A DNA stretch of 64,000 nucleotides from an uncultured Gammaproteobacteria bacterium. GTDB lineage: Bacteria; Patescibacteriota; Patescibacteriia; UBA9934; GWF2-40-263. Where the stretch lies: NCBI GenBank assembly GCA_964538435.1, contig CAZIDX010000003.1, positions 110,039-174,038 on the forward strand. The letters are read 5' to 3'. The first letter of the stretch is position 1; each line of letters begins with the position of its first letter. The notes beneath the pieces are model-generated. The model worked only from the letters and a program-made list of their open reading frames with translations. It was not told the DNA's origin and searched no databases. Below are positions 58,768-64,000 of this stretch, piece by piece. The position numbers and the translations under genes are program-made.

Positions 58768-60834
58768 CTAAGCCGCAGCCTCGAGCAGGCGGACGTGGAT
58801 CTGTCCGGCGCGATGGCGAAGCCAGGCGCTCTCAGACTGTCCTTGTCCGGTCGTGGGGTCTCGTTGCAGCAGCGACGGGTTGCGTCGCAGCTGGTCCTGA
58901 GCGATGCACAGCGCGATCTGGGTGATCGCCTGCGTGCGCCGCACGTCGTCCGAGCCCTTGTAGATCGGGTGGGCGAAGTTCAGGCCGATGCGCGTGGGGC
59001 GCTCACCAAGACCTTCCCAGAGCCAGCCAACCTCCCACCCCTCGTCTTCGTACTTGGGTCGATGGTTGCGAATGCTCAGCTCGTAGCGCACACCATCCCA
59101 CACGAACTCCGTACGAGACGTGCGTCGGGTGCGCTGCGGACGTTCGCCCTTGTGGGCCACGAAGATCGTGCAGGTGCTGCTCAGGCGCGTCCCCTTGCGG
59201 GTCTGCCCCTTGACCGTCACCTCGAACGTCCCCTCTTCGTCACCGATCATGTGCGTGGCTGAGAGGCAGTCACGCGCCACCTTGACCACACCACCAGCCT
59301 TCCGGTGTTCCCAGACAGGCTTGCCTTGTAGTGTGCTGGGCACCTGCAAGGTGTGGGTGATCATCTGCCCAGGCTCGATGTTGTGCCGCGAGCCCACCAG
59401 GAAGCAGAACGGCAGCTCGCGCACGACCTTGACCGTGATCTCGGCCCTCTTGCCATTGCCACGAACCAGGATCTTGCCACGCGCGGGCCTGCGACCAGCC
59501 GTGAACGTGACCTGCGGGCCATGGAGCGAGCTCAGACGACCCGGTGCCCCACTAGCATCCCAGGTGTAGTCCTTCCCGCTCTCAGGTTGCTCGATCGCGA
59601 TGTCGATGCTCTGACCAGGCTCCAGAATGATCCGCGAACGGCTCAGTCCGAGCTTGGTCTTGAGTGTCACATCAGCGACCTGACGATCCGTCTCCGGAGC
59701 GCCACCCACCTGCTGGAACTCCTGAACCAGAGCATCGCGGATCGTCTCGTTGTCCGAGACGGCCCTGTTGCGATCCTGGCCAGTCTTGGCTTCCACCAGG
59801 GGCACGATCTCGTTGTAGAGCCACTTGAGGAAGTTGAAGATGACGTCGTCGTTGTCGAAGAACGCCGGCTTCCACCCCTTGCGATCCGAGGTCACGAACT
59901 GATTCCACGAGGGAATCACGATCGAACCGATCACATGCGGATGGTCCAGGCTCACCGAGATGGCATCGAGGAGCGGCGATACAGCCGGAGTCGGATGCAC
60001 CTGGTTGAGGAAGTCGCGGATCGAGCTGACCTTGTCGTACGCCCACAGCATGAGCTCGTCGCGGTCAGCCTGACGCTGGGTCACAGCGATGGTGTAGGCC
60101 ACCTGGCCCACATCCTCGACCTGCGCCACACCTTCGAGCTTGTCTCCGCGGATCTTGCGGGGCGCCAGCTTGAGCTTGCGACCACGCGCGTCGATCACGG
60201 TGATGGCTTGAGCCAGGTCCGGCGGCAGCTCCTGCGCAAGCTCGTTGATCACACGCTTGAGCGAGCGGTTGTGCCTGGGATCCACGTTCGTGCCCTTGCC
60301 AATGTTCTCCCAGGTAAAGCACGTGCCGTGCCCCTGGATGATGCAGTCGGCCGGGACCTCGAAGATCCCCCAGCGCACGTCTTCACCGCGGTCCCACATC
60401 TCGATCAGCTCTTCAGCTGTGTACGAGATCCGGTACAGGGCGTTCTCAGCGCGCCTGATCGTCTCCACGGTCAAGCGAGCGGCATGGTAGCAGAAGGCCT
60501 TGGAGCCCTGGCCAGCCTTGCCGTGCTTGTTGGGATCGTCTGCGCTCGAGGACTGGTTCAGGCTCACGATATCCGAGAGGCCCGAGTTCGAGACGCCTTC
60601 ACCATTGCCGTAGATCCGCAGGTCAGTGCGGTTCTTGCTGCGCTTGACGAACTGGATCACGATGTTGAGATCACCGCAGGTCTTCTGCGTCCAAGCATCG
60701 TGTTCGTTCCTGACCGCCTGAAGCAGTGCGATGATGAAGTCCTGGAAACTCTCCGTGTTCTTCCAGAGCGTGGTGTTATGCACACCAGAGCTCACCGCGA
60801 TTTCACCGCGGCGCGTCAGATGGTTGTCAGCCAT
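58768..60834 (-). CDS. large cytoplasmic hypothetical protein; the N-terminus has Bergerat-fold (GHKL-ATPase)-like motif spacing but non-canonical key residues
   Basis: GAGGAGG RBS before MADNHLTRRG. Motifs LLQAVRNEHDA (N-box-like, ~aa 43), RIYGNGEGV (G1-like, ~aa 76) and HGKAGQGSKA (G2-like, ~aa 104) are in canonical order and spacing, but the catalytic Glu and G1 Asp are not conserved. Confidence 0.35.
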   Translation of the reverse strand: MADNHLTRRGEIAVSSGVHNTTLWKNTESFQDFIIALLQAVRNEHDAWTQKTCGDLNIVIQFVKRSKNRTDLRIYGNGEGVSNSGLSDIVSLNQSSSADDPNKHGKAGQGSKAFCYHAARLTVETIRRAENALYRISYTAEELIEMWDRGEDVRWGIFEVPADCIIQGHGTCFTWENIGKGTNVDPRHNRSLKRVINELAQELPPDLAQAITVIDARGRKLKLAPRKIRGDKLEGVAQVEDVGQVAYTIAVTQRQADRDELMLWAYDKVSSIRDFLNQVHPTPAVSPLLDAISVSLDHPHVIGSIVIPSWNQFVTSDRKGWKPAFFDNDDVIFNFLKWLYNEIVPLVEAKTGQDRNRAVSDNETIRDALVQEFQQVGGAPETDRQVADVTLKTKLGLSRSRIILEPGQSIDIAIEQPESGKDYTWDASGAPGRLSSLHGPQVTFTAGRRPARGKILVRGNGKRAEITVKVVRELPFCFLVGSRHNIEPGQMITHTLQVPSTLQGKPVWEHRKAGGVVKVARDCLSATHMIGDEEGTFEVTVKGQTRKGTRLSSTCTIFVAHKGERPQRTRRTSRTEFVWDGVRYELSIRNHRPKYEDEGWEVGWLWEGLGERPTRIGLNFAHPIYKGSDDVRRTQAITQIALCIAQDQLRRNPSLLQRDPTTGQGQSESAWLRHRAGQIHVRLLEAAA

Positions 60835-60927
60835 TCCACTCTCCTCCTCAGCTTCTGACAAGGACTGGAAACACAATGTTTCCAGCTCTTGTTGAAAGCG
60901 GGGACAAGAGTGTTGTCCCCACACGCA

Positions 60928-62475
60928 CTACGGCTTGCGCTGTTCGCGCACAAGTCCGATCGCGTGCTGTTGAAGCCCCTGCTGTTCCAGGAACTTCTCT
61001 GGTTCCTCGAGTTCGAGGGCAAAGAACAGATCTGAGAGCGTTGTCAGCGGGTTATCCATCTCGCGAAGGATGCGGTCACGGATATCGTCTGACCAGGTGC
61101 AGATGGTGCGCACGATCACCTCGAGCTCACGCACACGCCTGATCGACGCCTGCTCGAGCTCTGGTGTGTGTTGCACATCTCCCTGCATCAGCACAGCCTC
61201 CAGTGGGCAGGCCTGACACAAGGATGGCTTCTGCCCTGCTCCGAGTCCGTCAGGAAGACGCTCTGAGAGCTCTGGGTGCAGTCTGAGAATCTCCTGTACC
61301 GCAGCCGCTGATTTGGCCAGTTCGATCAGGGTGCTCTCCGGCACCTGCACCGAAGGTTCGCTCACAGGAGCGGGCTCAGCCGGAGGCTCCGCGCGTTCGA
61401 GCGAACTGATTCTCTGTCCTGGTGCCACAGCGCGATCACTCTGCTGCTCAGGCTTGCTCACAGGAGCAAGATCCAGTGCAGGAGCAGGGGCTGCCTGCTC
61501 AGCATCATCTACCACATGCCAGTACACCGGCATGGTCACGCGCCGCTTTCGACCCGTCTTCTTCAGGCTCGCAACCGCACGCTTGTAGCGACCCAGGATC
61601 TCCGGGCGCTTGCGCTCGATCACGATTTCCATCAAGCGAATGATGGTGTCAGAAGCAGTTCTCCCATCGCTCGGGTAGCTCCAGTTCTTGAGACGATCGA
61701 TCACTGACTCAGAAAGTCCGGTCTTGTTCTTGATGACAGATGTGGTGCGACCCTCGAGATCTCGGAAGACCTCACTGTGAAGCTCTTCGAACGTTTCGAT
61801 CCCCAGAACATCCTTGGTAGGAGCGCCCAGAAGACGTTCTCCGAGCACGCGGAAGCGAACCGTATCTCGACACGGCCGCTCCGGATCCAGGGCACGAGTG
61901 AATCCGATGGTGAGCATGATCACGCAGCGCTTGAGCGCTTCGCCTGCAGGCATGCGAACCGTGGCTTCCTGGCGGGTTGAGCTCTGAGCCTTTCCCCAGC
62001 TGTTGATGCCGCTCGGACTCTCGCCAAGCTGCAAGCCAACGAGTCCACCCTGGATCTCGTCGATGACCTCCTGGATCTGACTCAGGATCTCCCCTCGTGT
62101 GGGGGCGATGCCAAGGTCGAGCTTGTCGCGAAGGTTGGGGTCCCGTGTGAGCATCCAAGCCAGAGATGGGTTCTCACCGCGAATCTGATCGATCCGATCC
62201 AGATCAGCAAGGATCTCCCGCTTGGTCTCCAGGACCATCAGGCGATCGATCTCGATGCCGGTCACGGAGATGAATTGCTTGATGCGGCTGGTGGTCAGAG
62301 CCGTGGTCCACTCATTGGCAAGCCACTTGCGCAGCGTGCCAGGTTTGACCTCCATGGCGCGAGCAACAGCCTCTACGCGGGGGGTTCCGTTGGCTTTCAT
62401 GAAGACCGACAGAAGCGATTTCAGGGTAGCATTGCTGTTGTAGTGGTACCCAGGGTTGATCCATTCGCGGGGCAT
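60928..62475 (-). CDS. hypothetical protein with an N-terminal helix-turn-helix
   Basis: ...TPRVEAVARAMEVKPGTLRKWLANE... is HTH-like. It sits 3 nt upstream of the 688-aa gene, suggesting an operon. Confidence 0.45.
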   Translation of the reverse strand: MPREWINPGYHYNSNATLKSLLSVFMKANGTPRVEAVARAMEVKPGTLRKWLANEWTTALTTSRIKQFISVTGIEIDRLMVLETKREILADLDRIDQIRGENPSLAWMLTRDPNLRDKLDLGIAPTRGEILSQIQEVIDEIQGGLVGLQLGESPSGINSWGKAQSSTRQEATVRMPAGEALKRCVIMLTIGFTRALDPERPCRDTVRFRVLGERLLGAPTKDVLGIETFEELHSEVFRDLEGRTTSVIKNKTGLSESVIDRLKNWSYPSDGRTASDTIIRLMEIVIERKRPEILGRYKRAVASLKKTGRKRRVTMPVYWHVVDDAEQAAPAPALDLAPVSKPEQQSDRAVAPGQRISSLERAEPPAEPAPVSEPSVQVPESTLIELAKSAAAVQEILRLHPELSERLPDGLGAGQKPSLCQACPLEAVLMQGDVQHTPELEQASIRRVRELEVIVRTICTWSDDIRDRILREMDNPLTTLSDLFFALELEEPEKFLEQQGLQQHAIGLVREQRKP

Positions 62476-62602
62476 GGGCAGCCTCCTCGCTTGCGAAAAA
62501 GGGCTAATTTCTCAGTAAACTAAGGAGAACTTGACGCACTCCTTAGAAGATAACGAGATTATCAGTGAAAAACACTTCTGTCAAGCATAAAACCTCGCTC
62601 TA

Positions 62603-62652
62603 TTGACATATGTTTCTTTGCTCGCTAGGGTACTTTCTCGACATGTTGTCGA
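62603..62652 (+). promoter_or_regulatory. sigma70-like promoter (TTGACA, 17-nt spacer, TAGGGT) with the perfect palindrome tcgacatgttgtcga at the predicted start site
   Basis: ttgacatatgtttctttgctcgctagggtactttctcgacatgttgtcgaac, in the divergent intergenic region between the HTH gene and the repeat-protein gene. Confidence 0.4.
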
Positions 62653-62788
62653 ACCCTGGAGGAATTCCCAATGCCCGATGAGTCCAACACGCAGGGACGA
62701 AATGCACTTCGACGCGACACAGAGGTTGTGGTCGAGGCATTCGACCGCCCTGGAGCAACGGAACATCGATCAGTGCAGGAGAGTCGAA

Positions 62789-64000
62789 TGACCCGCAAGC
62801 CCAAGATCGTCAAGCTCGGTGAGGTGTACCTTCGCTGCACCATCGACCTGATCGATTTCTTCATCCAGCACGGTCGTCGCCCCATCCTCAAGGAGGATCG
62901 CGACGAGATTATTGCCAGGCACTCTTCAAGTCCTGGTGCAACGATCATGAACCAGCTGGAGAACAAGTACGGCGTGCTCTACACCGAGGACGAAGGCTCC
63001 GAGATCGACAAGACCTGCCGCATGATCATCGAGATCATTCTGGTCAAGTTCCAGCGAGGAGCCGCCGATGAAGATCTGATCGTGCACTACCCCCACGAGC
63101 ACAAAGGCAAGCGCTTGGGTGATCTCAAGCAGGAGCTCGGGCTCAACGGTGACATGCCGATCGAAGGTGATGAGGGTGAGAGTCAGGGTGAGCCTGAAAC
63201 GGTTCACAGCGGCATTCCCACCTACGCGGCTAACGCCCAGCCCATCGCCCTGCGCGGTCAGAGGCACCATGGCTACACCTTGATCAAAAACGAGGCGAGA
63301 GAGAGGAGTGGACGCCCCTTCTCACCCAGTGAGCTCGAGCAGGTGCTCGAGGCAACAGGATCCAAGTCAGTCCGTAGCCTGATCAGCTGGCTCGAAAAGA
63401 CCGGCTTCCTCCATGTGGTCTCAGGGGAGAAAAGGAGCCGCACCAACCCTTCCATGCGCGTAGTCGTCTTCCGTCCCACCATGAATGAGAACGAGACGCT
63501 CATTGTCCCGCCCGAGTGTCTTCCCTCAGAAGGAGATGCTCAGCAGGAGGAAGAGGTCGAGGGGCCCAAGGTCCTGACCTTGCCTGCCGATACCGAGCCG
63601 CTCGTTCTGCGCGGACTCAAGATCCCCGGCTACAAGGTTCTGCTCGAACTGCTTCGAGGTGTTGACTACGAGCCGGTCAGCTCCCAGCAGATCAAGAACG
63701 CACTCTCCCCCACAGGGGTGAGCAATCCGTTCAGCCTGCTCAATTCACTCGCTGCAGATGATCTCTGCGAAGTGGTCTCCGGCGAGGTAGGAAGCAAGCA
63801 CAACCCACCCATGCGCCTCTTCCGCTTCCGTCCCTTCCAAGAAGGAGACGACGGCAAGGTGGTGGTCCCACCCGAGTGCCAGGAACCCGAGCCGGTCATC
63901 AGCGAACCCATCGACGCTGAAGAGAGTCTTCCTGTCGAGCCCGAAGAGGTGCTCGAGCAGGAGGAGGTTGAAGTTCCGGTGGTTGTCCCCGGTGTCTCCC
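62789..64000 (+). CDS. hypothetical protein with two tandem ~110-aa winged-helix-like repeat modules (3' end beyond the window)
   Basis: AGGAGA RBS then MTRKPKIVKLGEVYLRCT.... The repeats are ...ISWLEKTGFLHVVSGEKRSRTNPSMRVVVFRPTMNENETLIVPPECLP and ...LNSLAADDLCEVVSGEVGSKHNPPMRLFRFRPFQEGDDGKVVVPPECQEP. No stop in the window, so it is absent from the ORF track. Confidence 0.5.

Noticed and set aside
59353-60858. 501-aa plus-strand ORF
   Set aside because: It is antisense to the 688-aa gene, which has a strong GAGGAGG RBS and sensible composition. It has no RBS and an R/A/L-rich artefact composition.

Overview
Summary: chromosomal segment of a low-GC (~42-50%) small-genome bacterium, consistent with Patescibacteria/CPR (this is an inference). 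It carries an unlinked 23S-5S rRNA pair on the minus strand (23S ~3.1 kb with expansion insertions, no 16S nearby). It also carries tRNA-Leu(TAG), tRNA-Gly(GCC), tRNA-Leu(TAA) and tRNA-Cys(GCA). The replication-origin neighbourhood is present (dnaA-dnaN, rpmH-rnpA-yidD, DnaA boxes). Recognisable housekeeping genes are rlmH, ruvB, galU, iscU/nifS, ddl, glmS, PBP1A, tig, dacB-like and SpoIID-like. A glycan locus (Wzx flippase, O-antigen-ligase-like) is followed by a tandem array of five paralogous signal-peptide plus two-TM pilin-like genes (25.2-27.8 kb). At least six abrupt high-GC (56-65%) islands interrupt the native DNA; each is bounded by terminators and encodes only hypothetical, mostly exported or membrane, proteins. 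The two largest lie right after the pilin array (27.8-32.4 kb) and at 56-64 kb. The 56-64 kb island holds a four-gene minus-strand operon: an HTH protein, a large protein with Bergerat-fold-like motifs, an HtpX-like M48 peptidase and a polytopic membrane protein. A 118-nt structured element occurs twice (34.8 kb and 38.6 kb); it has compensatory substitutions and G-U wobble changes, and is the best candidate for a new ncRNA. A 7-nt x4 coding repeat in the ligase-like gene looks like a phase-variation switch. All calls were made by eye from the sequence and the ORF track; no database searches were run.
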